Positions 27,279 to 39,957 of a stretch of 49,126 nt of DNA are shown here, piece after piece. Positions within the stretch are counted from its first letter, which is position 1. Each line of letters opens with the position of its first letter. The position numbers were made by a program, and so were the translations under genes. Source of the stretch: Monocercomonoides exilis PA203 (Eukaryota > Protista > Preaxostyla); contig LSRY02000081.1 of NCBI GenBank assembly GCA_001643675.2, positions 1-49,126 of the forward strand, read 5' to 3'. Below the pieces are notes generated by a model. The model was not told where the DNA came from, ran no database searches, and worked only from the letters and a program-made list of their open reading frames with translations.

Positions 27279-27675
27279 AAAGATCATGGCGTTGTGGGCA
27301 TTTCATTTTTTTGCTCGAAACAACATAAAATGATATTTAACAACTATCTGGTGTTGAAAAGTCCTCCTCCACTTTTGCCCAAAACGCACAAATAATTTGG
27401 TTAACTTATGATCAAGAATTTAGAATGTTTATAAATATATTAATAAGATCATGGGCGTTTTGGACATTTCATTTTTTTGCTTAAAACAGCATAAAATGAT
27501 ATTTTCAGCTTGTTAAGTACAGAAAAAGTGACTTTCAATGTTGACCAAAATGCACAAATAATTTGGTTTTATTATGATCATTAATTTTGGGAATGTGATA
27601 TTTGTTTGAATATTATTCATTTAATTTGTGAATATTATTGCTTTAATAATGCTTACAAGTCATCAGAAAATAGTT
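27279..27675 (+). repeat. 397-bp inverted repeat, left arm of cassette 2 (tandem dimer of about 165-bp AAGATCATGG units)
   Basis: Near-identical reverse complement of 32827-33221. Units start at about 27280 and 27445. Confidence 0.92.
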
Positions 27676-27871
27676 TTGTAATTTTTATCGTTCAATATGA
27701 GGTTAAAAAAAATTCTGAAACATATATTTCTTATTTGAGCAAAAATATTGATATTTGGTTTTGTTTATCGAAATTTTTATATTGAAAGTACAATTAAAAC
27801 AATAATTGTTGAGCTGTTAAACTTTTATTAATTGATAATAATTCCATAATAAATTGCAAAAAATCACAAAT

Positions 27872-30800
27872 ATGTCCTTTTCTAAACAAGAGTCAACTCT
27901 AAATTCACGATGCAACGTTCTGTGGAAAGAAATACAACGCATCGGTGGAAATGACGTTGATTCATTGCTCGTCTATTTGTTTTACAACTACAGAAAATCA
28001 TCTGCAGTTATAAATGATTTACTGAAATCCTTGAATGGTTTCAACTTCAAAATTTTTTGATTGATAATAACTTATATTTTTCTCTTGAAATATTAATTTT
28101 TAATTAATATTTGTTATTTTGTTATTAAAAAAACTCAGAATACTACGAAATACTTCTTAAAGATCTCTCAGTTGTGTACAAGCACGCACAGTTGCACACG
28201 CAAACGATGATCCTTCAAGCACTTACGCGCAACGCATCATTATCTGAACTTCTGGACTATGGATTTGACATCACTGAAGGAAAGTTTAATTATGCAAAAC
28301 AAACTCTCACAAAAAACCAAGGATTTTTAATACCGGCACAATTGCCTCACACACCATCGTGTAAAAGTGGTTTGTATTGTATTTTTCTATAATTTCATTT
28401 TTTACTGTCTTTTTGTTTATTCATTTATTTAACTTTTTTGAGGTCTTAATGAACAAGATTGGGAAAAGGGCAACAATTGGATGTTGGCCCATTCCACAGA
28501 GGCATCAACTTCACTGCAATCAGCCAAGAAAAAACCAAAAAAAAGTTCCTGATTACGCACAGTTCATTGAGGAATCTGCATGGGATAATATTATCATTAC
28601 AGAAAAAATAATTCTCACAATATACAATCTTTTCCATCAGAAAAATTATGCCAACAAAATAAAAAATCAAATATTATATCAGAAAAAAAATCTTCTCCAT
28701 CTCATGCAGTTAACGATCCTATTAACACTCCACTTCGAGCTGAAAGATGGACTACAAAAATCAAACAAAATAATACACTTCATTACCATCGAACTTCTTC
28801 ATCACCAATACAATTTCATAAACTAGTTAAACAAAAATCTCCCATTTCATCATCATCTTCTTCCTCTCCTTCTTCTTCTTCTTCTTCTTCTTCCTCCTCC
28901 TCCTCCTCTTCATTTTCATCATCATCCTCATCATCATCTCTTCTTTCTCTCTCTCTCTCTCTCTTCTCCTTCTCCTCTCCCTCTCCCTCTCTCTCTTCTC
29001 TCTCTCTCTCCCTCTTCTTTTCCTTCTCCTTCTCCTTCTTCCTCTTCTTCTCTCTTCTCTCTTCTTCTCCTCTCTCTCTCTTCATCTTCATCTCATCATT
29101 ATCATTCATCTTCATCTTCTTCTTCTTCCTCATCCTCTTCTTCCTTTTCGATCAAAGTGAAAAGAAAAGATACAATCAATACTTCTCCAGTTGACAAAGC
29201 AGCTTCATCTTTTTGCAACGAAAATATGTGGGTTAGCGGCCAACTTATGGGGTATGTCACCTCACCCACTCTTATTCCTCCTCATGCGTTCCAAAATCTA
29301 GTCTCATCTTTCACAAAAGAGAGCAACATTTCAACACAACAACAAAAGTCACAGTTTATTACAAGAGATAATTCAACAAATTTTGATCCGTTTATTTCTT
29401 CTTCATCCAAATCAACGGCTAATGTTTTAAAATTCACACCAAATACTCCATTAAAAACAGTAAAAGGGTTGGCAAATCTTGGAAACACATGTTACTTGGC
29501 ATCTCTTCTTCAATGCTGGTCCTCGATCTGCAGTTCAAAACCAACGATCTTCACAAAAACGCATTCAAATAAGACATTATCTTCTCGAATGATGAGTATT
29601 TGCAATCAAATCCTCAAAGATGGAACAAAAGTGCATTCATGGATCCCATCAGTTGTTAGCAAATGGGAAGACTTTTGCGGATATGGAAGCAAACAGCAGC
29701 AGAATGTTTCAGAAGCTTTCGAAAATCTTCATAAATTGTTTGAAAAAGACGGATTATTAAAACAAGATAGTTTCAATCCAGTTATAATTTCACATATGAA
29801 ATGCGTGAAATGTCAAAAACTCACATCACATATCGACAACATCAACAATAGCATAATCATCAATTCTTCATCTACTCACAATGGTTTATCTTCTTTGTTT
29901 TCAACTGAAATACTGGATGGAAAAAATAGTGTATATTGTTAAGAGTGCAAAGAAAAATGCTGTACTGCTTGTTGGGAGGAAATGATTTCATTTCCAGAAG
30001 TACTAGCCCTCTCCCATGAATGTGCTGATTCTGCTAGTTCTCCACCTTCTCGAACACTTCTTATCGAGACTGATATGTCGAATAAACGTTCATTTTGCAA
30101 AGGATTTGCAAATGAAAATAAAACTTCATTTCACAACAAAAATAAAGAAACAACATTCTATCACTTAATTGGACAAATCCTTCATAAACAGTTTGATAAT
30201 AGCAACGGTCATTACATAGCCGTTGTGGAAAGAAATAAAGGAATGAAAAAGATGTGGATCACCTGCAACGATGATGATATTGAGGCATTTGACAGTGATA
30301 AATGGTCAAATTCATGGAAAGATCTCTTTTCTCAGGGCTATATTCCTTCTTTATCATTCTACGTGAAAGAGAAATCACAATCAACTCAACCAAGTGTCCA
30401 ATTTTGTGGTTCCTCTTCTTCATCTTCCTTTCACAATCCAAAAATATCAACAATTCGTCCACAGAAACAACTCCCCCGTCATCGTTCATCACACCACCGC
30501 ATCGTTCAACTTCCATTCCTCAATTAACTTCATCAATCAGAACTGGTTATGGATTAGAAGCACTTAAAGAAAAAAGAAAGAAAACGGGCATCTTTTCTCC
30601 CAATGAAAAGAGATTAATCTTCAAGCCAAAGACGAAATTATGGAAAGAGTTTTCAGAAGAAACAAACATCAAAGTTTCTCTGTCACATTTCTTCAAACTC
30701 ACCACCAATTTCTCCAAAGCGAAAAGACGAACGGATCTCTGCGGCATGTGTGAGAAGTTGAACTATCTGGAAAACAAATTGAAGTCATCGCAAAACAAAA

Positions 30801-31854
30801 ATGGACTTTCTAAGCTGAGTTTCATACACTTAAACTACTTCGACAACATCGTCTTGTTGCTGAAATGCAACGAAAACATTATCAATCAACTGTTGATAAT
30901 CTGAAAGAGGGAGAAACAGTCTTCGTCTTTGACTTCAAAGAAAAATGGAAACTCCCCTATCAGAAAAAATCAACTTCAACAAGAATTCTTTAATTACCAA
31001 CAAGTATCTCAATTCACAATCATCTCTCTTCAAAAATTAATAATCAACAAATAAAAAGAACTTTCAACTTCTTCTCCGACTGCCTCTCAAATGATCACAG
31101 ATTTGTTATTGAGTGTCTGGAATCTGTGATCAAAAGACACTTCTTCTCAGACACTCACACTTTTAAGTTCTTCTGCGATTCGGGTCCACACAACCGAAAT
31201 CGCTTCCTCCTTCACTTCATTCTCTCCAAACAATCCAAACTTCTCAAAAAGAAAAATACACAACTCAACTTCTTCGCTGAGCACCACGGAAAGAATATTT
31301 GTGATAGTGAATTTGGTGCATTAGTTAATTCTATCGACAACAATCTTTCGACAGAACACATCACCACACTTCATGACTTGATCGACTTCTTCGAAAACAA
31401 TATGAACACTTCGACATCTGTTTCATCATCATCACAATTTAATGTTTTTGAATCATCCTCATCAAGCAACTCCCCATCGTCATCATCTATCAAGGAGTGT
31501 GTGCATGAGAGGTACTTTGAAGAGTATGTACCATCTCAGCAAATTTCATGGCCTTCACTGTCAGTCCCTCACATGAAGGACTACTTATTCTTTGAGCGCA
31601 AGGGCTCATTTGTCTGCGCATCTGCTGTTGGATATCTTCTTCAACGCTCTCTTGTTGCAATCGAATCTTCAACAATGAAAGAAAAAGTTCAACGTTCAAG
31701 AAAGTCATTTCACTCTGATATCACATCATCTAACTCTTCTCTTCTTTCTCAATCTTCTCAAGATCTTCTTTCAAGGAGATTTGATCTTCTTCTTGACTCT
31801 TCATCTTTGATGAATCTCAAAATTGTATTAATGGAGGTCCTATTAAGAAACTAG
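27872..31854 (+). CDS. USP (C19 deubiquitinase) - Sola-like DDD transposase fusion gene (frameshifted in this assembly)
   Basis: ATG at 27872 and phase-1 introns at 28038-28138 and 28370-28442. USP part: Cys box KGLANLGNTCYLASLLQC (Cys codon 29490), His box ILHKQFDNSNGHYIAVV (His 30210) and WITCND. Transposase part: RRTDLCGMCE, VFVFDFKEKWKLP (D 30931), FFCDSGPHNRN (D 31177) and FFAEHHGKNICDSEFG (D 31303). Confidence 0.8.
29466..30370 (+). other. USP/UCH catalytic domain within the fusion gene
   Basis: Canonical GLxNLGNTCY, QQNVSEAF (QQDxxEF box), CVKC and C*EC zinc ribbon, FPEVL, GHY and ND. One in-frame TAA at 29940-29942. Confidence 0.9.
30600..31700 (+). mobile_element. Sola-like DDD transposase domain
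   Basis: The order DxCxxC, FD, CD..P..N, HGK..CD.EFG fits the Sola-type RNase H-fold DDD arrangement. Frameshifts near 30812, 30965 and 31033. Confidence 0.75.
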
Positions 31855-32826
31855 TTGTTGTGCATGCTTAGCTGGCACTCTATCGGAAGGGTGCTGGACA
31901 TGACTGTTCGTATTAGATATTGCAGCCTTCGGGCTGCTTTATCCGGACCTGGATACGACGAACAGCCTCCCAGGTGCACAATAGTTAGAATCCGATTGTT
32001 TTCTTGTGCTTTTTGTTCCGATGATGTCCCTATTTTCACTTTATTGTAGTCCCGAATGCAATTTATAAATGAATAAATAGAGATTCATTTTTTGATGGGT
32101 GTTGTGAAGAGTTTCAATGATTTTTGGATTGGATTTTAGGAAAGGAGAATAGCTGAGAGTGTGAAGTGATGTTTAATTACTGTGTCTGCCTTTTTTCTCT
32201 GTTGAATTTGATCTTTTGAGTTTGGACAAGAGAAATATCAGAAAGTGTAGAGTGAGAAAAAACAAAAGATAAACATTCAAGTTTGTTTTTGGACTTAAAG
32301 TATTTGTAATCTTTTTCGTTTGGAATTGACTATGACACCATGTATTTGTTGTAATAGTTATGCTTTTTATTGAATCTTTTATTGTTCATGCAAATTGGTA
32401 TGGAATTGACAATTGGGGAATGTTTTAATGATGATGTGGGAAAAATAATTTTTTTTAGAAAGTGATGCAACAAGAAAAGAAACTTATTTGTTGTTTTCTA
32501 TTTTCAAGATGATTAATACAATGAAGTGTTAATGTTATTTATGTGTTATTTTGTTTTATGATTGTTATCAAATTAGCAATGTATTTATTTTTCTGTTTTT
32601 CTCATCACTGAATATTCATCAACCTTTTGCTGAAACTCAACAATGAAGATATTGATATCAAAACAGTTATATATTGAATAAAAGAATAATAATAAGCATT
32701 TTCATTCCAAAAACAAAACATTTTTTGAGAGACAAAAATTCAATGATATTTTTCTGATATGAAGTGTTTATTCAATGAAATATGAAAAAATTAATTTTCA
32801 CCTCATTTGAACTAACAAAATTTAAT

Positions 32827-33221
32827 AACTATTTTCTGATGACTTGTAAGCATTATTAAAGCAATAATATTCACAAATTAAATGAATAATATTCAAACAA
32901 ATATCACATTCCCAAAATTAATGATCATAATAAAACCAAATTATTTGTGCATTTTGGTCAACATTGAAAGTCACTTTTTCTGTACTTAACAAGCTGAAAA
33001 TATCATTTTATGTTGTTTTAAGCAAAAATAAAATGTCCAAAACGCCCATGATCTTATTAATATATTTATAAACATTCTAAATTCTTGATCATAAGTTAAC
33101 CAAATTATTTGTGCGTTTTGGGCAAAAGTGGAGGAGGACTTTTCAACACCAGATAGTTGTTAAATATCATTTTATGTTGTTTCGAGCAAAAAAATGAAAT
33201 GCCCACAACGCCATGATCTTT
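32827..33221 (-). repeat. 395-bp inverted repeat, right arm of cassette 2
   Basis: Ends ...GCCCACAACGCCATGATCTTT. It differs from the left arm only by a few substitutions and a 2-nt homopolymer difference. Confidence 0.92.
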
Positions 33222-36200
33222 TCAATTTATAAAATATTTTTAAGTGAAATGAAGAAAAATATCAATTTGAAGATATTGCATGCAATTGATGAATATTTGA
33301 TTTGACCGTTTAAAAATATATTGTTAGCTTGCAAAATATATAAGACGTGTGCTTTTTTTCGTGTGTTCACTCCAATTATTTCTTCATTTGAACAATTCAT
33401 TTTCTGATTATCTCAATTTCTTATTTTATTTGTTTTTTATGAAAACAGTTCATCATTTATCTTTTTTTTTTTTTGAAAAAAGGTGCGCATTATTTCAATG
33501 AGTTTAATGGAACACCTTTCTGAAAAAACTGCTTTTTCTTTTTGTGTTGTTTGTTGTTCAAAGGGCTTTTCACTCTCTTTGATTATCATCATCAACAACA
33601 ACAACCAACCCCAAATTATCAACAAGGGAATCGCTTCAAAAACTTCTGTAAATGCTTCTCCATCCAATCATCATTCATCAGGCTCGAAGGAGTTGGCTGA
33701 TTCAAAAATTCACTGAACCGAAAACAATGCTAAGTTTCACGGTTTATGTGAAACACAAAGACATCCACAAGATCATAAAGAAGTTTCTCGAGATCACATA
33801 CGAAAATGAGAAGATCAAACAAGCGTGATCATGCAAATTCAAGTGAAGATCGCCAGAACACCAAAATCTACTGGATCTGATAGAATTCAAAGAGCAGTGA
33901 AATAATATTGTTCTTCATCTGTTTCATTGTCTTTTTCCTCCACCTCCTCTTATTCTTTTTCGTTATCGTTTTTGTCATCTTTGATATTTTTCTCTTCATC
34001 AAAGTGGGATTAGATGTGAAAGCCGCCTCCACTGTTGGAAAAAGACATGTATTACAAGCACAACTCCATCGCAACTTTCTTTTTCAATTTTTTTTCCAAC
34101 ATTTTTAAGGGAGCATACTCAAAAACCGCAGAGGCTATAGGCATATCTGCGTACGACAGGAGGCTCAATCCAAAGAGAAAAGCGTCAAAGGAATTTTACT
34201 GGAAGGGCAGCTGCTGGAGACTGTGTGCTTCTTGCAGAGCGAAATAAAGCGCGTTGATTTTTCTCAGTTGGTAAAGGGAAAGCAGAATTCGAAAGACAAA
34301 CTTCATATTTTGCACTCAAATCAAGTTTGTGTTCATACGCGATTTCTGATCGGGTCTACAATTTCTACGATCACGAAAGAGTGTTTATGAGCCCATATGA
34401 CGAAATGACTGCGATACAACGTTCTGTTTCAAATGAGCCTTGCCTGACTGACACGGAACCCTCTGTCATTTCTTCAGAGCCCCAAAAAGAATTAGTATAA
34501 GTTGTAGATTCGAAAAGAGAAGCGTTGAGACAACAATCCACAAGCTCATTGCAGAATCTTCCAATCTGCAAGACGTTGAGTTGACTGTGCCGTTTGCATG
34601 GCATGAAAGCCCTGAGCCGCTCGATGAGTTACTCGCTCAAACATCGAAAGAGAATGCAACAGCATAAAATGCGTTGCCTTTTGCATCATTATTATCAACA
34701 GCATCTACTGTTTCCTTGGAGACCGGTTCTGCATCCTCCTCCTGCCTCTATTCCTCCTCACTGTAGCAGCAGCTTGTCTCCTCTCTCTGTCTTCTTTATG
34801 ATGATGATCACGCTTCTCAACTTCTCTTCAAAGCAACACTAGCTGGAAGCCTGGGGTGCACTCAAAAATTGTCTGCTACACGCGCTGAAAAAACGAGCAA
34901 TGTTCGACTGCTTTTGTCTTAAGCGAATATCCTTTATCTTCTTTTTGTTCATTCGTCTGGGCAGTTTTCAAAAGGAAAAGATATGGCCGGACCTTCTGAG
35001 ATATGCGTGAAGCTCTGAGTTCTCACTGAGATGTGCGGTAACAGCTTGAGCACCTCCAGTTCCTTAACAAAGTTCACGAATTTGAAGGCTGGCTGAACGT
35101 TGTGACTGTTTGGTGAAATTCGTCATCTTCTTCTTCTCTCTTCTGCATCTTTCCTGAAACATCTTGCAGAATCAACGGCGGTTGTGTGAGGATCGTTCAT
35201 TTCCCTTGAGTAATCTTCTGCGTTTCTTTTCTCATGCTGTTCAAGTTATTCTGACTACTGCTGCTGGATCTTATTTAAATAGGCGAAATGAGAATAATTC
35301 GGTTAACGACAGCTGCTGTGGTTCTGTGCGAAACGGCAATGTGAGAGATATCACAAACGTGTGAAATGATTTGGTCGTTGTAAGGCGATTCAGAAGGACG
35401 GAAAAGAGTGGAAGAAAACAATCTGTTAATCACAAAGGATTCACAATTGGAGATGGAGTACGATTGTTGATGTGGGTTGGAGGTTAAGGAGAAGAATGAA
35501 ATGGAAAAAGATGCGGAAAATGTGAAGAGTGAGAAAGAGACTTTTGAAGGAGGAATGGATGAAGTCAATAGCAGAATGAATACAGAAAAAGAGGAGGCTG
35601 AAGTTAACGTTGTTGATGGTTTTGATTTTGACATAGGAATGGAGAATAACGAGCTTGAGAATGAGAGAGAAGGAGAGATGAATGTTGAAAGCGGAAAAGT
35701 TGAAAAGAAAGGAAAAGAAGTGAAAGAAAGATACAAAAATTTTTTTCGTCAAAAGGATAGATGAAATGAATAAAAGAAGAAGAGAAAGAAGAAGAAGAAG
35801 AAAGCACAAACCCACTGTAATAAGCCACAAAGATCTGATGCAGATTCTCAGTGCGTTGATTAAAAATCACCTGGATGTGACAACTCAGTCGCTGAACAAT
35901 AAGAAAAAGCCATATTTTTCAGCTTTTTGTGCAATTTCAGCAAGAATTAATAAACCAAGCACATCTCAAGTGAAAGAAGGTTGTTTTTATGGTTTGGTGA
36001 AGCTGTTGGATGAAAATTTATCCAAAATTGTGAACGCAGTCACGGAAGAAAAGAAAGAGCAGGAAGAGGAAGTTGGAAATGGTAATAAAAATTAGATGAA
36101 AGACGTCAAAGGTGTGGAAGAGAATGGAAGTTGTCTGATGTGCAGCGCAAGAATCGCTGGTTTTATAATTGTTTATGTTTTAGATGGGAAAGAATTTGGT

Positions 36201-37379
36201 TCGACCTTCTCTTTTCTTTGCGACAATATTAGAGTTCCTCATCATAATCTTCTTCTTCTTCTTCCTCTTCTTCTTCTCTTCCTCCTTTTTCTTCCTCCTC
36301 TTCCTCTTCCTCTTCCTCTTCCTCTTCCTCTTCCTCTTCCTCTTCCTCTTCCTCTTCCTCCTTTCCTCTTCCTCTTCCTCTTCCTCTTCTCTTTCATCTT
36401 CTCTCCTCTTCCTCTTCCTCTTCTCTTCTTCTCCTTCTTTTTCTTCTCATCTTCATTCTTCGTCCCTTCTTCTTATTTTCCCCCAACCCCACTGACAATA
36501 CACCATCAACTCCACCTCCCAGTGTCTGGCGCTCTTTGAACATTTCAACGGTTGCCACTTCTTTTCTGGACACGCACCATCGCACAGCGTTGGCTGAATT
36601 GTGTTATCACTTTGGCTTCTGCTGCTCTGCTCCGTAGGATGCAGACGATGCAAAGGATACGTTAAGAGTGATGAAGATCTCATCTAAACATCTGCCACCT
36701 GAGAAGAAATTGTAAACTTCTTCTGATTCTGCGTCTTCTTTGGAATTTGCTCCAAGGATTTCGGCAACCCTCGGTTCCTTCTTTCTCTCATTCCTCGTCC
36801 TCTTCCCGCTTTGAAATCGTTGTTTTCTGCTTTATTGTGTTCCATTCATCATCAGCTTCTTCTCCACCATCGCCTCCTCCTTTTTCTTTATTCTTATCAT
36901 CATCATCACCACCATCAATGCATTCTGTGGCTTTGCTGAATGTGCATTTGAACTGTTTTCCTCTTCCACAGAAGCGCATTCCGCTCTGTTTCAGCACTTC
37001 GTACGGCTTCCGCGCTCCGGCTGTGCTGAACAGGGTGAATGAGGCGAATGGGCATCGAATGAGAAATGGCGGTGGAAGAGGGAAGGAGACTTCAAGGCAC
37101 ATTGCGTTCATCTAGCTCGCTTTATGATACCGCCAAGAAGCGAAGAGAGAGAAGTTCAAGTTCAAATGGAAGAGGCAAAGAAAGCTGAATTCATAAGAAA
37201 AATGAGCGCAGAGCAGAGGAAAGGGAGACAGCAGGAAGAGCCAAAGACGAAGATGAAGACAAAGAGAAAGACGAGTTTCACTCGCCACAAATTGGCACTT
37301 TCGACACAAGACTTACACAGACATCAACAGGAAAGGAGGAGGGACATGGGAATGAGAAGAAGGAGGTGATATTGAAAAT

Positions 37380-39280
37380 GAACAGCAGCAAACATTTTAT
37401 TCGTTCGACAATACACTGTCGTCTGCTAAGTTGCACATTGAAAACATCACAGCTTCATCGACATTAGCTACTCCTTCTTTAATTGTTCCCACACACACAA
37501 TTGTCTGCCACTTCTGTTCTTGTTGGAACTCCGGCGAAGCCACAAACTCTTCATTTTCTGCAACAGACTCTTATTAGCTCTTGCTGAAGTCGCTCTAAGC
37601 ACAGAACATTTCTTAAACTTCTTTTTCTCTTTTTGCTCAAATATTTACATTCTTGCGGCTTTTTTAAGTGCTGTTCTTGGGAAGAAGATATTTTTGCAAT
37701 CTGAAAATGCTTTGGAAGCAGGAACATCCGGACCATAGGCGATGTATTTGAGTGACAGTGAATTGTGCTGAACAACTGTGCATATGTTACAAGCGGATTC
37801 ATGAAAGCGATGTTGAGTCCACCGGCATCGGAGCAGACGAAGTTGCTGTGGGAGAAGTGGTAATTCCAAACGGCAAGGCTGTTGTTTGTTAACTCACAGT
37901 TGTCGGCATGCGCGCAACTGCTGATCTTGGAGAGCAAGATGTTAATGAAGAAGGAATTCATCATTCTAAGGGAGCTTCATGACAAATTTGACGTTGAATA
38001 AGAAGAATAGCGCTGTCTGCTTTAATGGAGAGATCTGTTGCGAGAGATTTTCAACGAAGTTGCCAAATCCAATGTCAAGCACGTGCAAGGCTGTGAAGTG
38101 CCGAAGAAGATATTGAAGCTAAGAGAGAAAAGATCGTGCTAGAAAGAAGTGGATGTGCTATTCTGAGAGAGAAAAGATACAGGAAGATGTCTGGAGGAAT
38201 CCGTCGAAAATGTGAAAGACTCAGAAGTTGATTGAAGCAAAGGAGGAGTGGAAAGAGGAGTGGAATGAGATGAGGATGCAGTTGTTGTTTAATGCAATAT
38301 CAGCGAGCGGGAAAATACAAAGTGAACAAAAACACGATTGTTCGAGTTAGACCAAATTCGAATATTGGATAGGCAATTTTGGAGGAAGATATGGATAAAA
38401 ATTGCGGAGAAGGAGAAATAGAGGCCTAGCTGTGAGTAGCATTGCTTGGTGGAGGAGTCTGTGTCTTTGCAGAGGAATATCCTGTGGGTGCGGAAGAAAA
38501 GAAATGAAGGGCAAAATGTTAAAGTCGTGATCGGGATCGGTGTGAGAGGAATCAGAGCTTCAATTGGATGTGCTCGCAGCAAGAGAAGGTTGGGTGAACT
38601 CGATGGAAAAGAGGGACTCATCGATTTTGGCTGGGATATAGGAGCTCCGGAGAAAGAGTTCCATTTCCTCGGAAGGCGTCGCTCAGATGAAGCGGATGTT
38701 GAGAACGGAGACAGGGATTGGAGGAGCTTTAGCGGAGACGATGCAGTCTTTAAAGAGGTCGTCTCCTTCGGTCGACATATCGCTCACATAGATGGTGAAC
38801 ACACACGTCTCAACAGCACATTCCATTGCACATTCGCTCTCAGCATTTCACATAAGAGCTGGCCCCTTGCATAAGAGCGTAATGTGGCCTTGTTTGCACA
38901 TTCTCGTCTTAATACTGTTCTTGAGATTCAGATTCATGTTGCCTCAAGCAGTTGAGTCGGTCAGAGCAGACGGGAAAACTGCCATGAGTGAAGAATCAAT
39001 GGACAAAGTGAAAATGAATTGAAAGGATACAAGTACTGCAAAAGTGGATATAGAAGAGATGTGGAGAAATAGTCCAGGCAAGGAGACAGCGAAGATGGAG
39101 TTGTTTAAATGAGTATACACCCTGCTTCTTCTTCAATCATCGCAAACGAAAGGAGTGTTTGCAGAGTCTGTATGGAAAATGAACAGCCAGATAAAAGATA
39201 AACTCAGCTTTCAAGCAAGTCTATGCGTAAGATGTGGATGATGGAGAATAAAAGAGAATTGCTGTTAAGCAAAACATTTT
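37380..39280 (-). pseudogene. Degenerate gene, possibly of the beta-helix surface-protein type (cargo); duplicated at about 45660-47550
   Basis: Coding-like minus-strand fragments, such as NSFFINILLSKISSCAHADNCELTNNSLAVWNYHFSHSNFVCSDAGGLNI, with many stops. Confidence 0.3.
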
Positions 39281-39599
39281 TAAGTGAAAAAAACAGAAAT
39301 TTTCGTATTTCTTCTCATTTTCTTAATTTTTCTTAGTTATTTTTTTATCTTTGATCAATTTATTTAGAAAACTTCTCCAAAGAATTAATTGTTTTTTAAT
39401 AATAATTCATTATAAATTGTTGTTTATCCAATAAATGTCTTGTATAACTATCATATTTTTCTATGTGTAATTTTGAAAATTGTTCAGTTTTCAACAAAAG
39501 TTTTATGATCTTCAGAATTAATTTCTAATAATTTCTTTTCATAACTTATAAAACTAATTTATATTAAAAATATTATTGACTTTATATAGTTATCATTGT

Positions 39600-39957
39600 T
39601 AAATCAATTGGAAACAAATTGAAATCAACAAATAAATAAAAACAATAATAATTTGAGCAAAATATTTGTGAGATCATCACTTTCTTCTTCTTATCAACAC
39701 CACCCTTAATGAAAAATTTTTTGATCAAACGTCTGAATTTTTTATGATATCAAAAAAATCACCCATATCTTTAAAGATATAAAATATGGAAAAACAATTG
39801 GAAATAAATAATCAACAAATAAATTGAAAAACATTTGTAATAATTTGACAAAATATTTGTGATCATCACTTTCTTTTTTCTTATCAATTTTCACCAAAAA
39901 TATTTTTTGATCAAAATTTTTTGATCGGAATTTTTAATGATATCAAAAAAATCACCC
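39600..39957 (-). repeat. Two tandem right (type B) termini, ending at 39764 and 39957
   Basis: Two related units about 190 bp apart, each ending TGATATCAAAAAAATCACCC and followed by ATAT and ATTT respectively. Confidence 0.85.

Larger units (their letters stand above)
32583..39764 (+). repeat. 7.2-kb right-arm segment, copy 1
   Basis: Colinear with 40963-48142 at an offset of about 8380. Both copies end in ATATCAAAAAAATCACCC. Confidence 0.92.
9190..39957. mobile_element. Giant (30,768 bp) cargo-carrying DNA transposon with 21-bp TIRs and ATTT TSD; Sola-like transposase
   Basis: GGGTGATTTTTTTGATATCAT at 9190-9210 is exactly inverted at 39937-39957. ATTT occurs at 9186-9189 and 39958-39961. 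In-silico excision rejoins the USP frame to give VIAPPLSIHFVNSGLGPEDLRIFDP. A DDD transposase lies inside. Confidence 0.88.

Noticed and set aside
27279-27600. Repeat-spacer-like pattern suggesting CRISPR
   Set aside because: There are only two long diverged units, the context is eukaryotic, and no cas genes are present.
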